NCBI GenBank assembly: GCA_045657465.1
Contig: JAZOTD010000036.1
Span: 11,372-51,371, forward strand
Source of the DNA: Clostridia bacterium
GTDB taxonomy: Bacteria; Bacillota; Clostridia; Christensenellales; UBA1242
Reading direction: 5' to 3'
Length of the DNA stretch: 40,000 nucleotides
Part shown: one piece after another, positions 7,834 through 18,000 of the stretch
How the letters are laid out: each line of letters begins with the position of its first letter
Numbering within the stretch: the stretch's first letter is position 1
Program-made: the position numbers and the translations under genes
The notes under the pieces: generated by a model
Told to the model about the DNA's origin: nothing
The model's database searches: none
What the model saw: only the letters and a program-made list of their open reading frames with translations

Positions 7834-8774
7834 TATTCATTATCCTCCTTTGGTTTTTTATTGAATACTTTTTCTACCTTTGCACCTTTAGCATTCTTTT
7901 TCTTCTTACCTTTCTTTGTCGCAGGTTCTTCAGGTTCAACTTCTTTAACTTCTTCTGCAGGTTTTTCGCTAGCAGTCATTTCTTCTGGCGGCTTGTCAGT
8001 GATTTCATTCATATCAACCACTTCGTTAGCACTTTCCTTTTCGTTGATTTCTTCAACTTTTTCACCATCAATCTTATTTGTTTCAATTTGATTTGCAAGA
8101 AGTCTTTGACGTCTTAAATTGTCATATTGGAAAACTTTTTCATTTCTAATCTTTTTCAATATCTTTTGATATTCAATTTGTTTTTTCGTAACTTTATTGG
8201 CAATAGCCTTATGAATAACCTCAGCAAGGAATGCAATAATACCCATCCATAACAAGTTAAACACTTGAGTTCTGCAGAATGCATGACCAGTAAATCCAAA
8301 CAATTGTCTTTCAAAAACTGTTCCATAAGCTAAAAATTCTTTAAACACACTATACACAAAGCCCATTAACGCAAACACAAACATAGCTCTCAAAACTTTA
8401 TACAAATAGTTTTTAGCAACCGCTTTTGTGTTGATATAAATGATATCAATACTCAAGATTGTTGTAGCAATAACTGACAAAAATCCTTCTTCGTGAACAT
8501 GCACATGAAGTCCAAAAAGTTCATATTTTTCAATAACAAAATCTAAAAGCGTCACAATAAACACTGACAATATTGCAGTCACAAACACTTTAACCGAACG
8601 ACTAAAGAATTTGTTAAACACCAAGCACACCAGTGCAGATATTAAATAACAAATACATGTAGCAATAATGAAATATATCGCATAGTTTGAATGAGCCATA
8701 ACAAACATTAGTGGACATAACGCCAAAATTGCGATATGCACAAAGCTCATTTCAATATTAGTTTTTAAATGCAT
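7833..8774 (-). CDS. rnfE: RnfE/NqrD-like membrane subunit with long charged C-terminal extension
   Basis: ILALCPLMFVMAHS retains the LCP motif; six predicted TM segments; last ~100 aa are K/E/P-rich. Start at 8774 preferred (aggagg 8 nt upstream of ATG for MHLKTNIEM) over ORF-track start 8783. Confidence 0.65.
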   Translation of the reverse strand: MHLKTNIEMSFVHIAILALCPLMFVMAHSNYAIYFIIATCICYLISALVCLVFNKFFSRSVKVFVTAILSVFIVTLLDFVIEKYELFGLHVHVHEEGFLSVIATTILSIDIIYINTKAVAKNYLYKVLRAMFVFALMGFVYSVFKEFLAYGTVFERQLFGFTGHAFCRTQVFNLLWMGIIAFLAEVIHKAIANKVTKKQIEYQKILKKIRNEKVFQYDNLRRQRLLANQIETNKIDGEKVEEINEKESANEVVDMNEITDKPPEEMTASEKPAEEVKEVEPEEPATKKGKKKKNAKGAKVEKVFNKKPKEDNE

Positions 8775-9687
8775 TTCTAACACCTCCTAACGCCAAAGGC
8801 TTAAGAACTAAATATTTGTCCATTATAGGAACAAGCATATTCATAAACAAAGCAACTGCAAAGATTGAATTTTCTCCAAGCTTTCCAGTGCTCCAAACAA
8901 GTGCAGAAAGCACACCAAATAAAAGTGAATATAAAATCTTGCCAATAAACGTGTTTGGTGATGTGTTAGGATCAGTAATCATAAACACTGACACGAAAAT
9001 AAACGAACCTGAAAACATATTCATGACAGTTTCTTCAAGTCCACCAAGCATCATCCCAGTAACAAAATAACCAATCACTGCAAGTAGTGGAAGTTTAAAA
9101 TCAACCACACCTGAATAAACCAAGAATGCATAACAAATAACCAAGATAATCACACAAGTGGTTCCAATTCCACCAACACTCTCACCCACAAGCAAGTTTG
9201 TAAGTGTGTTAGTTCCACCAAGTGCAATCGATGTCATTTGTTCGCCATTAAGTGTGATTTGATAAAACTCAGAAGCAACCATGCTTGAAATAACACCAGT
9301 CATACATCTTCCCACAAGTGCAGGATTAAACTTGTTTCTTCCAAGCCCACCGAATGCCATCTTTGCAACAAATATTGAAACAAAAGCACTAATCATAACA
9401 AAATGCCAAGGAATTCCAATAGGCATCGTAAGTGCCAGAATAAAACCTGTTACAACACAAGAAAAATTATCAACATAAAATTTCTTTTTTGCGATAAGGT
9501 TAAACAATCCTTCAAAAACCAAGCAAGAAACAACCCCAACAGCAACAATTAACAATGCTTTAATTCCAAAAAATAACGTTCCATAAATTGCAGGCAACAA
9601 CAACGCCACTGCCACATACAAAAACATCTTATTTGTATCATTACCACTACGAACAAATGGAGCGTGTGAAACTACAAACTTTTCCAT
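8758..9687 (-). CDS. rnfD: RnfD/NqrB-like membrane subunit
   Basis: VSHAPFVRSGNDTNKMFLYVAVALLLPAIYG..., FGGLGRNKFNPALVGRCMTG..., FVSVFMITDPNTSPNTFIGKILYSLLFG..., characteristic of RnfD. Confidence 0.88.
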   Translation of the reverse strand: MEKFVVSHAPFVRSGNDTNKMFLYVAVALLLPAIYGTLFFGIKALLIVAVGVVSCLVFEGLFNLIAKKKFYVDNFSCVVTGFILALTMPIGIPWHFVMISAFVSIFVAKMAFGGLGRNKFNPALVGRCMTGVISSMVASEFYQITLNGEQMTSIALGGTNTLTNLLVGESVGGIGTTCVIILVICYAFLVYSGVVDFKLPLLAVIGYFVTGMMLGGLEETVMNMFSGSFIFVSVFMITDPNTSPNTFIGKILYSLLFGVLSALVWSTGKLGENSIFAVALFMNMLVPIMDKYLVLKPLALGGVRNAFKN

Positions 9688-11012
9688 TACTTAACACCTC
9701 CATGTTTTTTATCATAAAATTTTGCTGCAGCAATTCTTTGTGTCAAATAACGTCTTGAAGGACACACATATGAACAGCAACCGCATTCGATACAAGTTTG
9801 AACATTAAGTTTTTTAATCTCGTCAACATTTTCTCTTAAATAAGCTTCATCAATAAGCTTTGGATTTAAAAATACCGGACAAACATTTATGCACTTTCCA
9901 CAAGAAATACATGGAAGTTCTTTTTCTGGAGTAAGCACATCATATTTTAAAAGCAACAATGTGTTTGTCATCAAAGAAACTGAAATGTCTTTGTTGTATT
10001 GTGCTGTGCCTGATAAAACATTTCCATCAACAACTTGACAGTCAGCTTGCGAATCTTCAACACCTGCATATTCAATCAGTTTGTCATAAGATGTGCCGAT
10101 AGGAACAATATAGTTACCCTTTCTAACAATATTGTCACCATCAACAGTAACAATCTTGCTTGTAACTGGCTTGTTAAATTCAACGGCACGACAAAAATCG
10201 AAACAAGACTCAGCTGTTTCAATGGTGATTCCCGCCTCTAAGAAAGATGTGGTTTTATTTATATTCTTTTTACAAATAAGTTTTGCAACAATGTAAGGAT
10301 TGTCAAATGGATACTTGTTTGGAATAAACTTAATTTTGAAGTCATAATTCTTTTTTGTTTCAAGAATATGCTTTTTTACTTTTGCAGCAAGCTTGTAGTT
10401 TGCTTCCGTGAAAACAAATGTGATGTATGACGCACCAGTAATATTCATAAAATACTTGGCACCATTAACAACTTCTTCAAGTCTATAGTTGACCAAAGTT
10501 TGATTGATTGAATTGTTTGGATCAGTGCTGTCCATCATAATAACTAATGTCTTATAGGTTCTTGCACCCACATAAGCATACTTTAGGTATGTTGGCATAG
10601 TTGAAATTGTGTCAACCAAACCAGCTTCACGAAGTCTGGTAATAAGTGCGGTGTCTCCAATTGAATCAATTTCTGGCAAGTCTTCAACTTCTTCTTTCGA
10701 ATCATTCATAATCAAAACATGCTTGCAAAGCTCACCATGTGAATTCATTTTTTGCAAGATGTTTAAAACCTTTCCACTGCATGGTGAAAAGATGTTCACA
10801 CCGAACTTTCCTGATGGTTTTGCAATCAATGAACCCTGCTTTACAACATCACCAACGTGAACAACAGGCTCAGCTTCTGCTATGTTTTTTAACTTTAGTG
10901 GCACGTTATAAAATTCAGCTGCTGGCATTTGAGACAAATCAACACCAACGCTCATTTTCTTCATGTATGGATATATACCCTTAAAACTAATTAATCCCAC
11001 AATAAACCTCAC
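9687..11012 (-). CDS. rnfC: Rnf complex subunit C
   Basis: Biotinyl-like N-terminal segment (VHVGDVVKQGSLIAKPSGKFGVNIFSPCSGKVLNI), SLBB-like GNYIVPIGTSYDKLIEYAG, and C-terminal CISCGKCINVCP...CIECGCCSYVCPSRRYLTQRI. Confidence 0.9.
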   Translation of the reverse strand: MRFIVGLISFKGIYPYMKKMSVGVDLSQMPAAEFYNVPLKLKNIAEAEPVVHVGDVVKQGSLIAKPSGKFGVNIFSPCSGKVLNILQKMNSHGELCKHVLIMNDSKEEVEDLPEIDSIGDTALITRLREAGLVDTISTMPTYLKYAYVGARTYKTLVIMMDSTDPNNSINQTLVNYRLEEVVNGAKYFMNITGASYITFVFTEANYKLAAKVKKHILETKKNYDFKIKFIPNKYPFDNPYIVAKLICKKNINKTTSFLEAGITIETAESCFDFCRAVEFNKPVTSKIVTVDGDNIVRKGNYIVPIGTSYDKLIEYAGVEDSQADCQVVDGNVLSGTAQYNKDISVSLMTNTLLLLKYDVLTPEKELPCISCGKCINVCPVFLNPKLIDEAYLRENVDEIKKLNVQTCIECGCCSYVCPSRRYLTQRIAAAKFYDKKHGGVK

Positions 11013-11081
11013 TTAATATATACAAAAATATTGTAACAAATTATGGGTTTATTGTAAAACAAATTTACCCTTTAAACCAAA

Positions 11082-11462
11082 TTATTGTTTTTTATTTTTC
11101 ATTGCAAGAATGGTTTTTATAGCATAAAAAATACCAACCAAAATAATGAAACTTGCAAACAAAATTCTAAGCAAATTTGAACTAGTTTTAAGCGCAAAAA
11201 GACTCGCAAAAAAAGCCACTATCGTGGCAGGAATTGAAATGCAAAAAAACGCCATGAAATCAATCAATTTATTTTTAATATAAATCACAAAACAAACACT
11301 CGCCAAAACAACAAAACAGATCACATTTGTTGACTGGCAAATAATCTGCTCAACTCCAAAAAACAAACTTAAAAGCGGAATCAAAAAAGTTCCACCACCC
11401 ATACCCATTCCAGCAAAAATTCCCGAAAATGTAGATATTAATAAAATTAGCAAAATCTGCAC
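11082..11462 (-). CDS. TauE/SafE (DUF81) half-size membrane protein
   Basis: SGIFAGMGMGGGTFLIPLLSLFFG glycine-rich repeat motif, about 4 TM segments, 126 aa. Confidence 0.8.
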   Translation of the reverse strand: MQILLILLISTFSGIFAGMGMGGGTFLIPLLSLFFGVEQIICQSTNVICFVVLASVCFVIYIKNKLIDFMAFFCISIPATIVAFFASLFALKTSSNLLRILFASFIILVGIFYAIKTILAMKNKKQ

Positions 11463-11527
11463 TATTTTCTCCTTATTTCAATGTTTTTATATTGTTTTTC
11501 AATGTTTTTTAATGCTTTTTGCGTTTT

Positions 11528-11908
11528 TTAAAACACAATCATGCAAACGCCAGCCACAATTAACACCACTGAAAAGATTAAATCTATAACATTATTTTTT
11601 AATTTTTTCAATAATTTTGTTCCAACCAAGCTTCCAATTACACTCCCTATCCCACACACCAAAACAAGCTTAAAATCAACTTCATTTTTAATAAAATAAA
11701 ACACTGAACTTGACACACACATAAACAGCACACAAGCAAGTGTTGTGGCATGTGCAATCTTAGAATCTTGTTTTGAAACATAGCCAATCATGGGCACAAG
11801 CAAAAGCCCACCACCCGCTCCAAAAAAACCATTAATGAACCCAGCAACCAGTCCAACCGCCACTAGCTCCAAAATTTTTAATAATTCTTTCTTGTTTTTA
11901 TTATCCAC
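11528..11908 (-). CDS. TauE/SafE (DUF81) half-size membrane protein
   Basis: AGFINGFFGAGGGLLLVPMIGYVSKQDSKIAHATTLACVLF, 126 aa. Confidence 0.85.
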   Translation of the reverse strand: MDNKNKKELLKILELVAVGLVAGFINGFFGAGGGLLLVPMIGYVSKQDSKIAHATTLACVLFMCVSSSVFYFIKNEVDFKLVLVCGIGSVIGSLVGTKLLKKLKNNVIDLIFSVVLIVAGVCMIVF

Positions 11909-12095
11909 ATAACTAGTATTCTTTTTTTGACCAGCAATTATAACAATATTTTATAATAGGCTTTTTAAAACCCCAAAATGCCCAATTTTTCTACATTTTT
12001 AAGACTAAAATTTTTGAGAAAAGGTTGATTTTTTTCAACAAATATAATAAAATTAATGTGGTTATTTTTAACAATAAAAATTAGGACGGTTTATA

Positions 12096-15000
12096 ATGAA
12101 GAAATTATCAAAATCATACAGCAAGAACAAAAAGTCAATACTAAGCGCATTCCTTGCATCAGTGTTGGCATTTTCATTTAACTACTCTCCAATTTCAATG
12201 ATTAGCAATCTTGTTAAGACTTCAAATGCTTACAAGTCTTCATCATTGCAATCTTATTATGGCGAAACAACTTCAACTTCTGAATCAAAAGTGAAAGCGT
12301 ATTACCCTGAAGAACTCGCAGAGTATTTTTCTCAAAGCAAAACAAATTTCAACATCGAAACTTATTACAATTCAAGATTCGATGACTTGTTCAAAGGTTA
12401 TGCAAATGACTTTTTGCTAAGCGGAAAAGTGCCTTTTGTTAATCCTGACGGTTCAGACAACCCTGATGCAATGACAAACTATTCAACTCTTGTTAGAAAC
12501 TTCTTGTCAAACAAAAAAGTTTCAACTCTTTATGAATACTTTGAAAACAACAAAACTGACATCAAGGCAGACCTAAACATTTCAGACTTTAGAACATATG
12601 TTGAATATTTCGTATCTCACGAAATCACTTGGACAATCTCTGATGCTGAAACAGGAAAAATCCCAGCAGCATTCACAACCGCCCCAACAAAAACTTATTT
12701 CTACTGTTCATTTGCAAACTTCTTAACCAACACACAAGAAAGTGTTAAATCAACAGATACAAATGGTTTTGACAACCTTCCAGAAGATTACACAGAATCA
12801 CAATTCTATCAATTCTCTCTTTCTTATAAAAGACTCAAAGATGCTGTTGATGCTGAAATCGTTAAAACAATGGCAATCTATTCATATGATGGTCAAACAC
12901 AAAGCAACACCGTTGCAGGCATCGTGGCTGAAGGTGCTCCTGTTTCAAAAGAGTTCTATTATAAAGATAATGAATACACTCCACAAAACACACCAAAAGT
13001 TTCTTATTCACAAAAAACCGTTAACAAAGTAAAAAATAGAATTGTATATTACTTTGGAACTCTTCCAACATTGCCAAGCGGATACACTAGACCAGATCAT
13101 CTTGAAGAATTAGACATAAACAAATTTTATGAAAACCCTCTTCAATATAGATTAACCCTTGACGACGGCTTAGACGACAATGAAGAATATGGTTACATTC
13201 CTGGGATCAACACATTCTATAAATATGAATCAATTCCATTTGCAACCACAAAAAATCAATATGACTTATATGTCGTTGATGACTCTGTTACAGATTTAGA
13301 AAAAACAACTTATGCATCACTTGGCATCACAGTGTTAACTTCTGACGACATCGACAACGACACACAAAACGCTGAAGACCTTCAAGACCTTGGGATTAGC
13401 AAAGCTGATTCAAAATCTTACTTCAAGGTTCCTTATGATTCAACTGCTGAACATGGTGACATCTATTTCAACCAAATCTTCAGTTTCATTGCTTCATCTG
13501 CAACTAAAAACAAAGTTTACAAAATTTTAGAAGAATTGCAAAAAATTGATGCAATACATGGTCTTTATTTAAAATATAAAAACAATGCTGATAATATCGT
13601 TTATTATGACCCTGCTTTAAATGGTGGCAAATCAAAAGAAACTTTCATTGCTGACGCAAAGAAAGAAGAAAACGGCATCTATGACCATTTGGTTATTGAA
13701 TTTGATTACAATAGTTTGTCTGCTGAAGAAAAAGAAAGCTATTGCATCATTCCAACTTCATTCTCTGGTCACAACGTTGGTAGTTACACTCTCTATTTTG
13801 AAAAGACAAAAACTTTCTATCAAGAAACTAACACAACAAACTATGATGGTTACGTAACAAAAGACACACCTGTTGACCCATATGAATATTCATCTCACCT
13901 GATTCCAACAGATTCTTACAAAATGGCTGACTATGGCAAAGAAATTTTTGCTCTAGTTGAAAATAAAGACACAACTGCCAAAGTTACAATTGACTCAACT
14001 GAATATTTTACCGTTGATCAATTTGAACTTGATAAACCTGAAAATAGAAATTTCTATATTGAAGTTCCTGAATACACCTACAACAAAATTTATGGTGCAA
14101 ACAACAGAACCTACAAACTCTATTTCAAACATGAAGCAAAAGCAACAAGACAACTCTATGTTGTTGATGACACTAAATCTGCTTCAACAAACGAGGTTTA
14201 CAAAAATTTATATTACAACGTTATCACTTCTGAAGAATTGAAGCTTAACAAACTCAATTATGTTGCCGTTGAATCAACTGATGCAAACTACAACAAAAAC
14301 TTTAAGCTTTATTATAGATATGATGAAGACACAAAATTTTCTGAACTCTTTGTTCAAAATGAATTTAGAAACACCGGCAGTGACGATAATTCAAAACACA
14401 ACGCCAACGCTGTTTACATTGTCGATGAAGATGTTAAGCCTGATGAACTTGCAAAATATAAAGTAAATTTGTTTAATGTTGTTTCAACAGAAGAATTCAA
14501 CCAAAACAAACACTTCTATGTTTTAATTCAACAAGGTGACGAAAACTATAACTCACAATACACAAAGCTTTATTACAAATATAAAACAGACACAACAAAA
14601 GCTAGTGAAAAAGTTATCTATATCTACACTTCTGGAAAGAGCGACAAATATCAAACTTTCTACAAAAACAACGCTGGTTATGTTGCTTCTGATTATGAGC
14701 TCATTCCATCAACAGACACTGAAAACTATGTTGAAGGTACAAACCTTTATTATAAAAAGAAAAGAGTTCAATCAGCAGTTAATAAGCCACAAATGACTTA
14801 TTATTATTATCAAAACTCTTCAACCGTTTCACTCAAGGCAAACAAATATTATGCTATTTCATTCTATGTTTACACAAACGGTTATTATGATGAAGCAAAG
14901 ACAATGCCTATTGAAGCATCATTCTATTTGTCAGATTCAAATGGCTACGTGTCAAACATTTCCCTTGAACACATCTCATCTCAAGGCAAATGGACAAAAT

Positions 15001-18000
15001 ATTATATGTTCGTTTCAACAGATCTCAACTCTGCTTCTGCTGTTTCACTTAAGATGTATCTTGGTGACAAAACAAGCATCTTGGGTTCTAGATATGAAGA
15101 CAACAAAGACACAATCAAAACTGTTAGTGGCGTTGTTCTCTTTGATAACATTAGAGTTACAACAATTAACTACACAGACTTCACAAAACGCAGAGTTGAT
15201 GACAAAGACATCACCGTTGAAAAATATTTAGAAGAATCTGATTCTCCTGTTGTTCTTGACGTTGTTGTTGCAAACGATGATGCAAGATTCAACACAACAA
15301 ACGTGTTTGACAACAGAGCCAACTCAACTCTTGTTATTGGAGACAATGACAATTCAACAACTTGGGACGAAGGCAAAGATTTTGATGACATGTTCAACTT
15401 TGACGATATCTATAACACAAACAAAGATTCAAACGTGTTCACAGATATTCCTGATGTAACCGAAAAAACTGATGGCTACTCACCAAAAACTACAATGTGG
15501 TCATATTATATTGGCCGTGATGTTTCTGGTCTTGGCAACAGCAGAAAACTTGAACAATATCAAGAAGCCTATATGTCAGGCAACCTTTCAGTAAGTCTCG
15601 TTGATGAAGAAACAGAAATCAGCAAAACAATCACTCCTGTTGACAAAGACGAAGATAAGAAAGAAGAAGATAAAAAAGAAGAAGACAAAACTGAAAACAA
15701 AGAAACAATTGCTTCAACATTTAATCTAGCAAACCGTGCATTGAAACTTGAAAACACAAACAGTATTATTTCTCTTGGCATCACATCAAACGCATTTAAG
15801 ATTGAACAATTTAGATATTACAAAATTACAGTTTGGGTGTTTGCTCCAGACAAAGAAGCAACTGCTTCAATCACACTTAACTCTGTGGTTGAAACCGCAT
15901 CAACTCCAACTTATGGAACTCTTTTAACAAAGACAATTTCTCTTGATGCATGCTATGCTTCATACACAACAGCTCCAACAAACGAATATGGTTGGATTCC
16001 TTGTTCATTCTATATTGAAGGAAATGCACTTCATGACCAACTTTGCTATTTGGTTCTTTCAGCTGGAAAAGACTCAACTGTTTACTTCGACAATATCTCT
16101 GTTGAAAATGTTTCATCATCTGCTTATGACACAGTAAGTTCAGATTCAGACAACACAACAAATTACTTGTCACTCACCAACTCATCATCAGTTATTTCTA
16201 ATGGTATCACAAATGGTTACTTTAACAACATCACTTTCAAAAATGATTACAAAGAACCAGACATGACAACACCTAGAACTGCAAAGAGCTGGACTGTTGA
16301 CTCAAATAGTTCAAGTGCTGTGGTTGCAGGAGTTGTTCCAACAAACAAAACCTACACTTCGCTCACTGACAACTTCTATAAAAAATATAACAAAGATGGC
16401 GACGACGTAATCATTCCATATTCAAATGGATTTGATGAAAACAATTCATACAACAACGTGTTTGCAATTTATGCCCCTTCAACAATGAACAACCCTATTG
16501 AAGGCTCAACACAAACTGGCGTAAACACAACTAATATGTATAAGCTTTATTCTTCTTCAATTAGCTTGTCTGCAAACGGCGTTTATGAAATTTCATTTGA
16601 TTTCTTCAAAGGATATAACTTCACTGGATCAATGATTGCAAACCTTTATTATGGTTCAAAAGATTCAGCAAAAATTATTTCATCATTTAAAATTGATGCA
16701 AACAACCTTGATGAATATGCTTGGGAAACCTTCAAATTCTATGTTGCTTCGTCATACTCAACCGCAAGTGTATATCTTGAAATTGGTGTAACTGGTGCAA
16801 CTGGAACATGTTTCTTTAAAGATGCTCTCAAGGTAACATCTTCAAAATTACTCACCGATTTGCGTGACGAAATTATCAATGTAAATGAAAACTTGTCAGG
16901 CACAGCTGATATGTTTAACAAACAATCTCTTCAAAACTATAGATTTGTAGACTTTGCAATGTTATCATCATCAACTCACAGCCTTGAATTCAATAAACAA
17001 AACAACACATACAACGTTTCTGAATACAAGAACGAACTCATTAACACCAACAAATACACCGTTGGAAAATCTGGAGTTGCTGTTGCAACATTCTTCGCTG
17101 AGGAAGATTCAACAGTTACATATTCAGTAACAATCAACAAAATAACATATTATATTGGTGAAGATGCAAGTTCTGACACAGGCTATTCACTCTACAAATA
17201 TTCTTGCTGCTGTGAAGATGACAAAGTAACTGAAATCGACGGCTCACCTGTTGTAGTTGAAAACACCAAAAAAGTTGTTGTTGGAAAAGATGACAAAACA
17301 ACTGATTATGCATCAACCAAAACAGAAAAGAAAAACTATCTCTACACTTTTGAAAAAGATGTTGAAATCAATAATGTAATGATTCCAGCTACTGAACTTA
17401 CAAACAACTATTCAGATAGTGTCATGATTTTAGCTAACAGCTATTCAACAGATTTCATTTCACTCACACCTGCTTACACAACAACATTAAGCAAGACATC
17501 ATTCTATGTGTTGAAAATATATGTAAAAACAAGTGACTTTGCAGATGAAGACACTGGATTGAACATCAATATTGCTTCAATCTCAACTTCTTGGAAAAAC
17601 ATCAACACAACAATTCTTGATGAAGGAAAGGCTGATGAAAATGGATTCGTTTGCTATCAAGTAGGTATTAAAACAGCTGACAGTTCAATAGCAAGTTTTG
17701 GTGTAACCCTTTCTCTTGGTTCTGAAAAATCAACATGCAAAGGCTATGCAATCATTGCAGACATCGAACTTGAAAAATATGCAACTGAAGCAGACCTTGA
17801 ACACTACATCTCAACAGTTGAAGACGATGAAATCACCGTTAAAAAATATTACTCAAATGCAAAAGATGGTTCTTCTTCAAACACTTCAAATGAAAAGAAA
17901 GAAGACGCTGAAGAAGTTTCAAGATGGGCAACCTTCTTCTATATCTTCTCTTCACTTCTTTTAGCTTTGGTTCTTGGCATGGCACTTGTTGCTGTATTTG

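Noticed and set aside
6466-11012. Rnf-like operon as an outright pseudogene cluster
   Set aside because: All five ORFs are full length, overlapping or tightly spaced, with RBSs and intact Cys motifs in RnfB/RnfC, so decay is not the simplest explanation, though it is not excluded.
15640-15710. Short tandem repeat gaagataagaaagaagaagataaaaaagaagaagac considered as a microsatellite/phase-variable tract
   Set aside because: Repeat units are in-frame, imperfect and encode a DKKEEDKKEED linker; too few and too diverged units to argue for slipped-strand phase variation.
12742-17964. Many short ORFs inside the giant surface protein (for example 12742..13032, 13957..14241, 14851..15231, 15877..16173)
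   Set aside because: Out-of-frame shadows of one continuous 2017-aa ORF; Q/L/T/K-rich from the +1 reading of AAC/ACA-rich codons; no start signals or recognisable domains.
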